Below, in pieces: positions 24,931-38,800 of a DNA stretch of 64,000 bases. The position numbers were made by a program, and so were the translations under genes. Numbering within the stretch: position 1 is the stretch's first letter; each line of letters begins with the position of its first letter. This DNA comes from Perna viridis (taxonomy: Eukaryota). Below the pieces are notes generated by a model, which saw only the letters and a program-made list of their open reading frames with translations, was not told where the DNA came from and made no database searches. The DNA is taken from positions 62,812,862-62,876,861 of the forward strand of contig CM074511.1 of NCBI GenBank assembly GCA_037379345.1. Direction: 5' to 3'.

Positions 24931-25564
24931 TTATTCATAATTATGGGCTGATTTCTCGACTTGGCAACTTAAAAAACTCTAAGCAATTTCCATGAAACTT
25001 TTGTGGGGTAGTTTATTTTATTTCTAACGCTTCATTGCTTTAAAAGGCAAGTTTTCGGGAGAAAAACAGATTTGATTATTAGTTTGATTAAAGCAGCCGT
25101 CAATTTTAAACCCAATACCTAAGTACTAACTTCTAGTAATTAGGGTGGGCAATAGAATAAGTTGATTGTTCAACAGCGCCTGAGAACAGACAATAATCTC
25201 ATTTAAGACCATTCAGAAACACAGTACCATGAAAAACTGTCAAAAGAGTCTACAATTGTCATATTTATGCCTATGTACCTTTAAAGCTAAAGTTATCCTG
25301 CACTTCATACCTTTGTTACCGTTTTATAGTAAAATCTACCATTAGTGATATGTGGCTCGGGATGAGATATCCGACAGTGGCACGAGTAAATAAGTTTGAA
25401 GCAAAAAAATTCCAAAATTGACCTGTTAGAACTGTTTTTTAATCGACTCATCCATTCTCGTTATATTGTTACTTTTATTATTTTCGTGCACATTGGCTAT
25501 CAAACCACAATCGTTTGAATTTAGTGACATGCACACACACACATATATATGTCTCTTATTTGTA

Positions 25565-26515
25565 TGGAAGTCTATTTCTGTCATCGTGATAAACATAAGT
25601 CGCGAAAAATTATCTGGAAAAGTCGTGATGATTTGGGTATTTTGTCGACATAGATGACAATTTTATCTCAAAAAGTCACGATAATTTTTCGCAATAGTTA
25701 AGATTATTGTGTCGACCGTTCGATATAATTACATGAATTTTCGCGACTTTAAGGGAACCGACGACAACTTGTGCCTTTGACATAAAATATTTTCACGATA
25801 AATTATGACAGTTTTATACTAATACAACGACTTTATGTGCTAATTATCATGACAAATCGTAATATATTATCTCAACTGGTCGTAAAAGTTATGATATCTG
25901 TCGACATAAACTATCGCAATCTGAGAATTGAAAGTTGTGAAAAGTAGTGTTCACAACAAAACATGTGAATTGCGATATATAATGTTGACATTTTCGTGAA
26001 TTAACTTGACTTATTGGCTTAATATCTCGACAAAAGCTAGTTTTTCGTGGTAAGTAACGATAAATTATCGCGAAATTTCGCGTTCGTCGAAATAATACGC
26101 CAACAATTCAAGTTATTTCACAAAAAAGTCAACATGATTTATCACAATGCAAAAATTTTGTAGCTGACACTACTTGGCATTTTCATAACCTTAAACTATA
26201 AAATTGCGATAGTTCATGTCGACATATGTTCACGACAAGTTGAGATAACTTGTCTCCATTTTGTCACAATAATGAGCTCTAATGTCTTGATATTGATAAA
26301 AAGCTATGCTAAAATATTTATGTCGGCATGACTCTCTATAAGTCGTGATAATTAACTCGAACGGTCGACATATTTATCTTAAATATCACGAAAAATTATC
26401 GTGACTTTTTGAGATGAAATAATCATTTATGTCGACAAAATATCCCAATTATCACGACTTTTCGAGGTAATCTTTCGCGACTTTTACTTATCACGATGAC
26501 AGAAATAGACTTCCA
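25565..26515. mobile_element. Foldback/palindromic non-autonomous DNA transposon with TA flanks
   Basis: Perfect terminal IR TGGAAGTCTATTTCTGTCATCGTGATAA flanked by TA on both sides; the arms stay alignable as reverse complements to the centre near 26040. Confidence 0.85.
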
Positions 26516-28039
26516 TAGTGATCAAACAATTAGCCCGACTAGTTCGTGTTTAGTAATTATTGACTTCCCTGTACTCGTTGGGCTACGGCATATTTGATAG
26601 TGGTTTCGTGCCACAAAGGGGATCAACATGATCTCATGATAGTTTTGGCTCCAGCTTGATGTTTTAGCATGAATTATGCTTGTTGGAAGTATCATGCCTG
26701 AGCAGTCCGGAGGTCATTTGGGGAACCAGTTGATTGTCGAAGTTAAAAGATTTTTTTTAAAATATTGAATTGTGGATGTTCAAGAAATTTATAAATGTGT
26801 CGATGAATATTGTTATACATACCAATAGTCGTTGGTAATACATTTAAAAATAAGCTATACCAATCGGGGCATCCTTCGGGTTTTTTTCCGGAAAAGACCA
26901 GTGATGTTCCCGTTTCTTTGATGTTCGAGTAAGTAAAGTGCAAGTTGAATAACAGGTTTCAACTTTTATTTCACACTATACTAGATTATATTGATTTTTA
27001 AAATCTGCATTTGAAGCGATCAATATTTTATCTAACAAAATCATTCACATGCTATTGAAGCAGTGAAAGCACTGAAACTTGAATGTACATAGTTTCAAGG
27101 TTAAAGGGAGATAAGTCATCTCGTGGGTTTTACACTAATCCAAAGGATTATGCCGTCTTGGGAGGCTAATTTTTATTTTGCTTGGTTGCCAGTGAGGCAT
27201 TAAGGTCAGAATTTTAAAGTATGCCTCAGCGAACATCATAATTTTACGAGCTTCATGCTCTGAGGCTTGATGTAAATCCTTAGTGAACAGCCATATTCTG
27301 ACATGTACAATACAGTGCACTCTAAAGTAGCCATTGGAAATTACATTTTTCAAAAATAAAATTAGAGGGCTGTGTGGTTGCGATGACCGTTCCTCCCCTT
27401 TTAGTTGAAGTGAACCTATTAGACTTCGTCCAACTTTACCAAATAATAAAATAGTGGGACATTTTGACAGTGTGTGTTTTTTTAATTAGCCCAATTTGTA
27501 AATTAGAATCCTTGGGGAAGTAGCTCTTTTTCCGTTTTTATGCAGGCTATGTAGTCTAAGCTTAAGTAGTTATCATAAAAAATGTAAGAAAATTAAAACT
27601 TGGAAAAACATCCAAAAACTGTAAGTATTGTCACTTGGAGTTTGTTTTTGTTCCAATGTAGAATGACCTTCAGAATGAGGTTAAGTTAATTGGATAAATG
27701 ATTAAATACCTTGGTATTCAAGAAACTATAATTACCTTCTATTATCAGCACTGTCTTTAATTTAATGTTCTGAAGCAGCTGATGCATTTGTTCATCATAC
27801 AGTGTAATGGACTTATAATTGATAAAACGATGAAATAAGTTTGCATGCTACATTGATATCAGTGTATTAATATTAACATACAAAATCAGTATTTATCAAC
27901 GTGTATTTATCATAGCTAATTGATAGGACATTGATTAACAATTCATTCACATCTTCTCGACCTACTAGCTTCTGAAGTGTTGTTTATAAATAGCTTTGTT
28001 TGTTTCCCAATACCAGAATCATTTCTGGAGCTGACCGAT

Positions 28040-31000
28040 ATGGCGGCACACAATAAACGAGTCATTGTTATAGGAATAGACAACAGCGATTTTGCCGAAA
28101 AGTCCTTTGATTGTAAGTATCATTTCTTTCATAGGTTACTATATTTTATCTGGCTTCTTACTGATATTTTTTTTTTATCTACGTGTTCTTTATAACTTGT
28201 ATGATAACTTACATAAAAAATATGTGCACTGGATAAGTGCCAACTATAGATAGCATAACTTATACATTAATTCCTTCTAATTAGTCTTAACTTTAATGCA
28301 CTTGCTTGAGGTCATTGAAAATTCTACATGGTTTTGAAATGAAAAAAAAATTATTATGAGCTAGAACTTAAATTCTCTTGCAGACAAATTTGTTTCGAAC
28401 TTAATTTGCTACCACCAAATTAAAGGGCTGTCGTTATCGACTAGCCTCTGGGATCCTGTTGCAAACAAAATGCATGTTAAACTTATGATGTAACGAGCTT
28501 AAATTGGTCTGAATTTATTTCGTAAATTCAAGCAGATTTTGCTGAAGCCTATGAAGTTTTACAGGTGTGATAATTTTTTTTTCATGGGAATGGGGATGCC
28601 TTACAGTTTTATTTGTCTATTTTTTTTTGTGCGTACACCGATCCATCTTTTTACTGGCTTAACAATATTGTAACTAATCTATAGAATTTTGCTAAGACTT
28701 TGCATTTTTTAGTACATACGTTAAGAGAATTGTGACGATTTACAGAGAGAAACTAATAGACTTTGCACTTTTGGCCCACATGTGCTTGCATTCACTATCA
28801 AATGTGCAGCCCGACTAGTACCATAGTCTGTCTGCATAGAAGAGGTGCTGCCGTAGTTGGTCAGGATTTTATTGTCGGGCCGCTGTCTCGTAAGAATTAC
28901 CAACATCTAACATTTTTTAATTAAAAAAAGTTCGTTTTTTTCCTAATTAAGCACACTTCTAGGAAAATTTAGATTACAATCGCCAAAATGGTTATTGTCT
29001 TGTCCGTTGATTATTCCAGGGCATGCCTTTATCCTATCTAAATGCAAATAAATACGCTGAAAGTTATTAGATAAAGACATCTCTTATATTTATTCGGATC
29101 TTATTTGAGCATACATGTACACATACAAGATGCTCTTTCTTATGTAATTGTGTGTCCAAAAGAGAAGCTGGGGGTGATTTAAATAAGATTCAAAGAATAA
29201 TAAGTACATTTGTTAGCATTTGATCCCGAATACCGGGAGATTTATTGTAAAAAATAAACAAGAAACGGGGTTACAGCCAAGATGTATGGATGACTTTTTG
29301 AAAATATGTATTTGGGTGCCGGTCTTAGATTAGAAGATTTCTTTAAGTTCCATTAGTTTTGTTTGTTTTCTATCCTATATATGATAATTTATCACAGTTA
29401 CCCAGCACCTGTGACCTAGGTATTGTTGTCTTGATGCTGTTGGTATCTGATATCCAATTTTTTAGTGAATGTATGACAGATATACTTTTCGTTCATATAA
29501 TTTTATTATTTATAAAATACAGTATTTTCAAAAGGGGAGGGGCGCGCACACATTTGTACGAAGTCTGGACACCTTTTATTTGATTCTAAAGAAAAATCCA
29601 GGGAACCAGAATTGGAGCGGTAAAAAATGGATAACGACTAGACAAGCAAAATAGACACACGCAACAAAGAAAATGAAATAAACAAATGTAACACTCCCAC
29701 AGAAAAATAAGTAAATGAGCATCCTGGACTCAAACTGGGTGCATGGATCAGGCGAACCGGTAATGTAAGCGTCCTCTGCTTTTCAAGAAACACCAGCCTA
29801 ATTGCTCGTAAAATGTCGCGGTCGGGCTCAGAGGCTTGCTCCCACTGTCGAAAATGCAGCCCGGCTAGTATATAACACAAAGGTTTTAAATTACATAAAT
29901 TAAGGTGTTATGGGATAACTATGGCACTGTGAATTCTAACATTTTTTTTTCAGGGCGCTCGTTCTGCATCAGCTTTATCTATTTTCGTATTCATTTTTTA
30001 TCTATTTTTCACATGAAATTTAATCGAAAAATTTAATCTCAAATAGGGTATTGTGACAACATTAGGAGGTCTAACGATGAAGTGGTGTTAGTTCACTGTC
30101 CAGAGACTTATGATTTTACCATGGCGAGTGAGTATCAATGAAACTTTCGTGTTCAGTATGTGTCTGTCATTAACAAAGACAGCTCGGGTGTATTCGCAGT
30201 CAGTAACCGAAGAGAAATCCAATTGGACAAACATTCGAGCAAATATCGAAATGAACACCTGCTGAGAATTATATAACAATTCTACAAAACTTGAAGTATT
30301 GGCAAAAAACAAATGATTAACGAAACCTGATAAATGTCTGATTTCGAATGAAATTGATAAATTTACTTGGTAAGAGTGTTTAAAAGATTTAATAGTCACT
30401 CAGTTAATATCCTCTCTTCAGAACCACCCAACCTATCACACCCAACCTATCACTTAAATATAGAGAATGATAAAAATGACACAAAATGAAATTCAGATTG
30501 CACATGAATAAACTTTTTGCCAGTAAATTCAAAAGCAAAAATTGTTAAGCAATTAATTTTCTACTTTATTTTGAAAATAGGTCCTGCAGTCGTAAAACAA
30601 CTACTGGAGGAATTGGAAAAATCAGTGAGGGCCATAGAACAAAAGTACAAAACTAAAGCAAAAGCTAAAAATGTAAGCACCATTTTTTTGTGATTGCTTA
30701 AGGAGGTAGACCTGGGGTAAGGGACAGAACTCTTGAAATAAGTGATATGTTTGCATCATATTCAATTTCACCAAATCCTATCAAGCTTTCATCTGAAATA
30801 GAATTAAATCAATCCTAGTTGCTTTGATTCTTAGATGAGATTAATGTAAAATGCTTAACACAAATGTTCGAATGATTTGTAAGAGTTATGCGCCTCACTC
30901 TAGGTCTACCTCCTTAAATAATTTCATAATGAATTTCGAAACAAAATATACATTAAAGACATGACAGTAAAATATTATAAATTTCTATTGTCTTCGCTTT

Positions 31001-31542
31001 CTTACTGGAGAATGCATCTTGTACATCTAATTCAGAAGTGTTATTAAGCTTAAGCCTATGTGGCCAGTGTTCAGAGTGACACAAAAAAAGGTAGAATAAC
31101 TTCCAAATGTCTAATGACTGCTTGAATAAGGAAGAATGAGGTCGATGCTGGACATTTTTACGGAATAAAATTAAAGAAGGTATATACTATTCTTTTTACA
31201 TTTTAGCAGAAATTTGAGAATACAGTATATAACAGTATATCGGAATTTAAATAATGCACTCAAGTGCACCAAATTAAAATTAGAAATCAAAGGCGTGCAT
31301 GTACTAGTGGAAAATGTAGATGTTTAAAATGATATTCCTCTTTTTTGTAGGTTGATGGCAAATTCCGAACAGGGCAAGGAAAACCCGGCGAACTTCTCAT
31401 TTCCATTGCTAAAGAGGAAAACGCTACAATGATAATCACCGGTTCACGAGGTCTTGGCAAGATAAGACGGACAATATTAGGAAGTGTTAGCGACTATGTG
31501 ATTCACCATTCTCATATACCAGTGTTGGTGTGTAAGAACTAA
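28040..31542 (+). CDS. Universal stress protein A-like, copy 1
   Basis: Exons 28040-28112, 30047-30127, 30581-30672, 31351-31542. Protein MAAHNKRVIVIGIDNSDFAEKSFDWY...GSRGLGKIRRTILGSVSDYVIHHSHIPVLVCKN*, with the USP ATP-binding motif G-2x-G-9x-GS. Confidence 0.93.
30702..30913. mobile_element. Kolobok-like MITE in USP copy 1 intron 3
   Basis: TTAA on both sides; TIRs GGAGGTAGACCT / AGGTCTACCTCC. Confidence 0.75.
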
Positions 31543-32887
31543 CTGGAAATCGTACAGACAGTAACGATCCTGTTCAATGACTTCTATTGTACATGTAAAC
31601 ATATTGTTCATAGAAATATTCTTCTGATGACATTTTCGCAGTCCAAGTTGATGGATTCATGAACAACTACTCCTTTCGTTTTGTTTTTCATATTATTGAA
31701 AAAAAGTAGCACGAGTGATACAAGTTATTAATGAATTATAGTGATATATGATGGAGCATCAATTCACTACCAGGATTTCGAAGTCACCGTTTCGTTTTTG
31801 AGTCAATAATAAAGTTTATTATCTGTATCAGCGTTAATGTAAAGTTACACGGTCATTAAGATCTTCTATCATTTGGTAAAGTGAAACATATTCACATGAA
31901 AACACTTTAATATCTTATATTTTTTTCATGCTACACAATGTGTTATTGTATCATTCTTTACAAGAAGAAGGTGTGATATCGTTTTTATTGCCAAGTCGTG
32001 AGACCTTAACTCTTACATACCCAAGTAAAAAAATCTATATTTTGATTTCTGTTATGTTAAACTGTGTGTTTACTTTGTCACGCGTGCTTTATCCCTTCAA
32101 TTATTTTATCTGCCTTGAATTCATGCGACATTTTCAATCTGAATATTTTCCCATTTTTAGAAGTTCTGTGTGTTATAGCATGGATTTACTCCCATTATCT
32201 ACATACAGTACACACAAAAGCAAGTTAGGCGGGATATTGATAGTGGGGTAGTTTCGGTGAACAAATTAGTAGACATGTAATTAATTAATTAAATAGTTAA
32301 ATGTTACTGATTTAACTGAATGAACATTATACAATAAAACCTGATCAAACCGAACCCAGAATAAACACAGTTTAAACCATTGTTGTCATTACAAACAGAA
32401 CAGTACGAAACGTTCGGTTAAAACAAGTATAATGTGATACATGTAAAATGTAAAAATATAAATCTGTGACAATGATTTTGTCAGCTACCGTCACATGTTA
32501 TTGACTGAAATATTATGTCATCACTGTATGAAAATATGGAAGATTTCAGGTTTATTTCCCTTTAGCTATTTCAGTCTTTCATATTACACTATCGAAAGTA
32601 CAAAAGGTGTGTACTACTAAATGTTGCTTTTATTCGTTTTGGTATTATGGAACGTGACAGTCTATGTGTTTCTATCATTCTACAATCCAATGAAACAAAA
32701 ATGCTCAATGTTTAATGCTAGGTTGATTTCGACCTTCAACTCGATCTGGTAAAGTGATGAAATCAATTTCCGTTAAATATTTACCTTAATACGATTTACA
32801 CATAATATCAGTCTAGCCTGTGTGGAATAGTGCAATTGACTAGCATATTACATTACAGAATAGTAACATAGAAGCTTGGTATTAAAG

Positions 32888-35800
32888 ATGGCAGCAAACG
32901 ACAAGCGAGTCATAGTTATAGGAGTCGACAACAGTGATTTTGCAGAAAAGGCGTTTGACTGTAAGTATCAAGTATTGCTGCATAACAAACATTTTTCTAC
33001 AGCATAAGATAGGAAGGTCCCATATAAGTACGCTTTATGTAACACGAGTCTTTGCACGGTGCTACACATGTTCAGACTCGAAATGTGGGGTTTTCCTGCA
33101 TAATTGTAGTCAACAAACATGAGTTAAGAGGACTCCTTTTCACAAATTGCTATAGAATAGAATATGATACATTTATTTCAAATCAATGGTCCTAGTAACA
33201 AACATCATTTGGGAAAATTTATATGTTCTAAATTGATTTATACCAACTAATAAAAGAGTATATATGTACATGCTTGCCAGACAACCTCCAGCACTGCTGG
33301 GAAAATCTTTCTTCCCTACATTATAATAGCGGCCTAGACCAAATGAGTTACAAACGCAGTAGGACTGCAAACATTAACTTGATACCCCCATAACTTCCCA
33401 ACCTTTGACCTCCAAAATAAATTGGATCAAAATCTACAATAGGAGGTGTACAATGGGATTATGTACAATAAATATTTTGTGAAAGTTGCATTCAATTCTA
33501 TTCAGTGTGTGTGTGTGTGTGAGGAGTAACGGAGTACCCCTCTGTGTAGCGGAAGGGTGGATTGAAGTATGGACGGAGCTCCGGACGGAAGGAAGTCCGG
33601 AAGGACACTCCTATCACTATGTGCATCCCCAAATCAAAGTTGGGGTATAAAACTACCACAACCCTTGCTTTCTTAGTTTGAGGAATGTGTCCTGTGTATA
33701 GCCATATATATACCATGATTTATTTTCCATTAGCAACCAATATATTGTAAGAGATATTTAAAATGTCTTATCTGAAGTAGCAATAAACATTGACAGATGA
33801 ATAGTACATCAGTAATATACTCGGGCCAAGTACTTTACACTGACAGGACATCGTACTCCCACTTCCCAAAGATTGTGTAAGAATGTAGTTACTTAAAGGA
33901 TACTACCAGCATGCTCTACAACAAAATTAAAATCAACAAAAATGTAAAATGTGTTATTTTATTTGGTATAGCAGGAATAATTAGGTTTGTTGGAAGAGAT
34001 CAACTCGGGCAAAGAGGAGTAACTCTAGTGTCCATATAATTTACGCGTTTTTGCGGAGCAAATTATTTATTAATTATATACAGTGGATAAAGGACAATTA
34101 AAACTTACGTTTCTAAATATTCTACGCAAGATTTTTGTTTCATCTTCCTCGTCCGAAGAAAACCAAAATATTAGGCTAGTATATTTAACGAAAAAAAAAA
34201 ATAGCATTCTGAATCAAATTTCCTTCCTTGTACAGGTGTTACAGGTTCTACTTTATTTGTCACAATCTAGGAAAAAAACTGTTTAGGAGTGATAAAAATC
34301 TTGTAAAGTAGGTAATTATATTGCTAAAATAAGTTTATAGAGAATAAAGGATAATTGTATAGTTGAGGCATTGTTTATAGGATTACCCAGACATAACGTT
34401 ATATGTTGTATAATCGAAGTGCTCGTGTACTTACTCCAACAATGCTAGAGGTTGTCTGGCAAGCTATTTTCTGACTTGGTGTTGGGGTATGGAGGAACGG
34501 AATTCCAACCTTTTACGTAGTAGGAGTACTCGTGTACTGAGTTTGTTAATAGCGATTGAGAACATTGACATTTGTTAGTTTAGTTTAAACATATTTTATT
34601 TGCAAATAAACAAATATGGATTAGATACGAGTCATTCCAACTCACATGGTCTTCTCCGTACATGGAATATAACACACAATAAACTGTTGAACAAGTAACG
34701 ACAAGTGTAGTGTACAGATATTGAAAATTTAACCTTTACAACAGTAGGTCCAAATTACAAAAGGGAAAAAAGTCATAATTTGGTGTAAAACGTTAATAAA
34801 TAATAATAATAAGAAAATAAATAAGAAAAATGCCAAAGGTATTATCAGTCTAAACAGAATCGACCTGAGTGCTGAATAAAATGGTGTAATGTTTTAAAGT
34901 TGTCAGCATTGCTGGTGTTATCAAGTATCGCGCTACCAAATAAAATCATAGTTATCCGATCTTCACCAGTATCCGGAAGATTGTCTATGTATAATCTACG
35001 TTGATCTACATACCAAAAACATTCTAGAAAAAATAGATACTATCCTCAATAGGCCAGCCACAGATGCATTTCTGGTCAGGCACCAAGCCCACCCTGAACA
35101 AATCAGCTTTGAGTGTACTACTCATGTGACGTAGTCTTGTATGCAAAATATTTAGTTTTCGAATTCCATCATAATATGAGGGTGGTTTGAACACGGGATT
35201 CTGATTTCTCAGTAATTGTTTGAAATTATTTAAGGTTGGTACCTGTCTCAATCGTAGGTCTAAACTATTCCACAATCGTAGAACAGATTGAAAGAATGAC
35301 TTCGAAATAGTTTTAATACGGGTTTGAGGATAAACATAGTTGGCCTCATTTCTCAAATTATATCGACTGGTTGTGCCTACAATAGGTGTTAAACAGTCTC
35401 TTACATATGCTGGTACCTTACTATTGTGTACTCTATGGAATAGACCGAGTTTACGTCTTCGTCGACGATCTGTTAATGTCTCCCAACCAGTTTCAAAATA
35501 TAAAGATTCAATACTTGCATATCTTGGAAGACCGGTTACAATTCTGACAGCTTCATTTTGTATTTTATCTAATTTATTTGCACATTCTGCAGAACATTCA
35601 TCCACAGTTCACAAAAAATATTCCAGTAAGTAAAATGTAAGTATGATATATCTTGTTCAAATCTGATCTGTTCAGAGTGAACTTGAGCTTTCGCAGGACA
35701 CATAACTGAATTGTTGCATTCAGAAATATATAATCAATATGGGTTGACCACTTACAATCCGAAGACAACACTACTTCTATATGTCTGTGAGTATCAACCA

Positions 35801-38800
35801 TCTCTACTCTTGATCATTGAATTTAATATTGATTGGTTGTTCTATTTCTTGGTTTGTAAGTATACAGCCTTGGTTTTGGCAGGGTTGAAGTCTACCCTCC
35901 AGTCTTCAGACCATTTTTGTAGTTCATCAAGGTCTGAGTTAATGGTATGCTCTATTGTTAAATGTTTATGTGACGAACAGCATAGTGAGGTATCATCAGC
36001 AAATAATCTAGTAAAACTATTCAAATCAGATATATCATTTATAAAGATAAAAAATAGTAAGGTTCAAGAACTCCCGCGTTGATAAAAGACTCAGATGACA
36101 TAGAATTATTAACAAAGACTCTCTGTCGTCTTTTATGTAAGTAGCTTTCAAGCCTTTAAAGTACGTTATGATCAATTCCATATGATTTAAGCTTGACTAT
36201 TAACGACTTATGCCATACCTTATCAAATGCCTTCAGTTAGAGCTTCACATATATTATGATAAATCTCAGTCAGTTGATGGATTGTACTGTGCCAAGCCAT
36301 GGAACCTGACTGAAATTTATATAACAATGAGTTTGTAATAAGATAGTTGTAAAGGTACTTGTATACTACTCTCTCAAAAACCTTCCCGATGTAACTTGAT
36401 AACGCGATCGGTCGATAATTAGAAGCCAGAGACTTCTCCCTCATCTTAAAGCAAGGCATAATTGAGACAAGCCTCCAAAATTCCGGAAACACTCCCGTCG
36501 ATAATGATTTATTAAAGAGTATATGTAACGGGATCGATATACTATCAGCGGTGTTCATATTTTGTATCAGGTATCATTCGCAGAAAGACCTTGTGTTGCA
36601 ATTCGTCTTCTGCATGTACACACATCGTTCATTTCTTGCAGAATGTATATTAAAGACAATATACGCCCACGAGTTTTTTCTTGATTTTTTTTTGTATCTG
36701 AGAAATGATTCCGCGTTTAACTGATGCAAAAATTGATGGATTGGTTTCAGAGCAGTTTTTTCTTCAGATGTGGAGTTTTTTAGGGACCACGTATGTGACT
36801 GACTTTGACTTTTACTCTCATGAGGGCATAGGGCGAATATTATTTCTTTCCACCATTTCATAGCTGTCCTCAGCTGTTCATTTCGTTTCTTTCGAGGTTT
36901 GATAAATTTTATTAAGTTTAATATATTTTTTGAGTCCTCTGCCCAAATTGTTATGGCCTTTTTCTTGTTTCTAAGTACTAAATATTATTGATGTTTTTCA
37001 ATATAATATATTTTGTTGATGACTTTTTATAAAAAAAATCCTTTCCCAGACGATTAGTTAACTTGACTTTACGGTATGTAATTTGCCCATCATTGAAGAC
37101 CATGTGGTGGCCTGAAAAAAGTATTTGTTCGGTAAAATGATTGGATGTAAGCCGATGACCAGACAGACGTTGTACAACCCCGACATTTGATTACGTTCTT
37201 TGACTGACCTTCATTACATGCATTGTTGTGCATGTGTTTCATTAATAATGAGGTGCATGTCAGATACCGCGTTTGCGCAGTTTACTTCATGCAACAATGC
37301 AACGGTCACACTGACTTTTTACAGGTTGTATAATTTCGAACGCCGAAGTCATTCGAACAAAATCGTCTCACTATCAATTATAAAAGTTAAATCAATATCA
37401 TCGGCATAATCTAACCAGTAGAAGCCGTTTGTTATGAATAGCAGCCAAAAAATGTCTGGAGTGGGGCCAGGGTTTTGAACTGCTAGGAGAACCTCTAAAA
37501 AATCTAAGTAAGGTATTTCAATTAGTACCTGAAAGAATGAGAAACCGTACAAGTCTTAGTTATCCTTAGCCAATTTCACGATGAATTGCAATGCAAAAAC
37601 ATTTAAGGTTCATGTGTAAAGTAAATATTACAAGCCGTTTTAACAATTTTTCTCCATCATATAAGACAATAAATACAATATATCTGACATCATATAAATT
37701 ATATAAGATAGATGTAAATATATTTAAGATATCTTGTTCAAAGTTAAGGTATCCGACTTTATTTATAAGATGTCTTGTATATATTGCTAGGACATGAGAT
37801 ATATAATTATTCCCAAACAATATACGGATTTAAGTATCTTCGCTTTGATTTAAATGTTTTATTTTCGTCTGGGACCACGTGATATTTGATATCACACCAT
37901 GGACGATGTACACGTAAAATGAACAAGCGATTTGAAATAAGGTTTTATAACTCGTGACATATGAATATTGCAAAATACAGTGTATCAACTCGATTTTTTT
38001 TATTTGATTTGATTTTATCGCCGAAGTTCGTTTGTTATGGTATTGAAATTAGATAACTTGAGTTGATATTTTGTGATATTCAATGTTCACTATTGTATAT
38101 GTAATCCATAATTATGTATTAAGTAAGTTGACTTGTCCCATTTTATTTTAAGTCATGATATCGTATACATTTGTATATATCTAAAATTCTTAAGGAAGCA
38201 ACCATTTTATGTTGGACGCTAGTATCAAATTTTAAATAAAGGACATGACGATGATGTATGTTTAAATAATCCAGGATGAACACTCGCGTAATTCCTGGAC
38301 ATGCTTTAGTGGAAGATAATAAAGTCAGGCCAGTAATTATACTGGCAAAATATTTGATCATAGCCCCCTTCCCCTAGAAATCGAATGGTTGTTCCCCTAA
38401 TGGAGAACGAATAGTAAAATAAACATAATTAACACACATACACGAAATTTACATAGTATACATTTGAGTGCTTCTAAAAATATAACACATTCGTATACTG
38501 AATTAGATTTAGGCCTCTGATTTATGTTTTATTTATTTATCATTTTACAGGGTATGTTGACAACATTAAGAGAACAAATGACGAGGTTATATTGGTTTAT
38601 TGTCCAGACGTGTATGATTTTAAAATGGCAAGTAAGTTGGGATTTTTCTTCTACCATGTACTGAAAATACATGTAAATGTATTTACATTACATATCGAAA
38701 CCCATAGGATGTAGATGTATACAAAGAACATACATATTTCTCTGCTATATATGATATCCCTGTGGTTGAATACCGAGAGCCCCCTTTTTATGTATGCTTA

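Noticed and set aside
36574-36900. ORF next to the LINE 5' end as LINE ORF1 or a transposase
   Set aside because: No recognisable motif, so it cannot be assigned from sequence alone.
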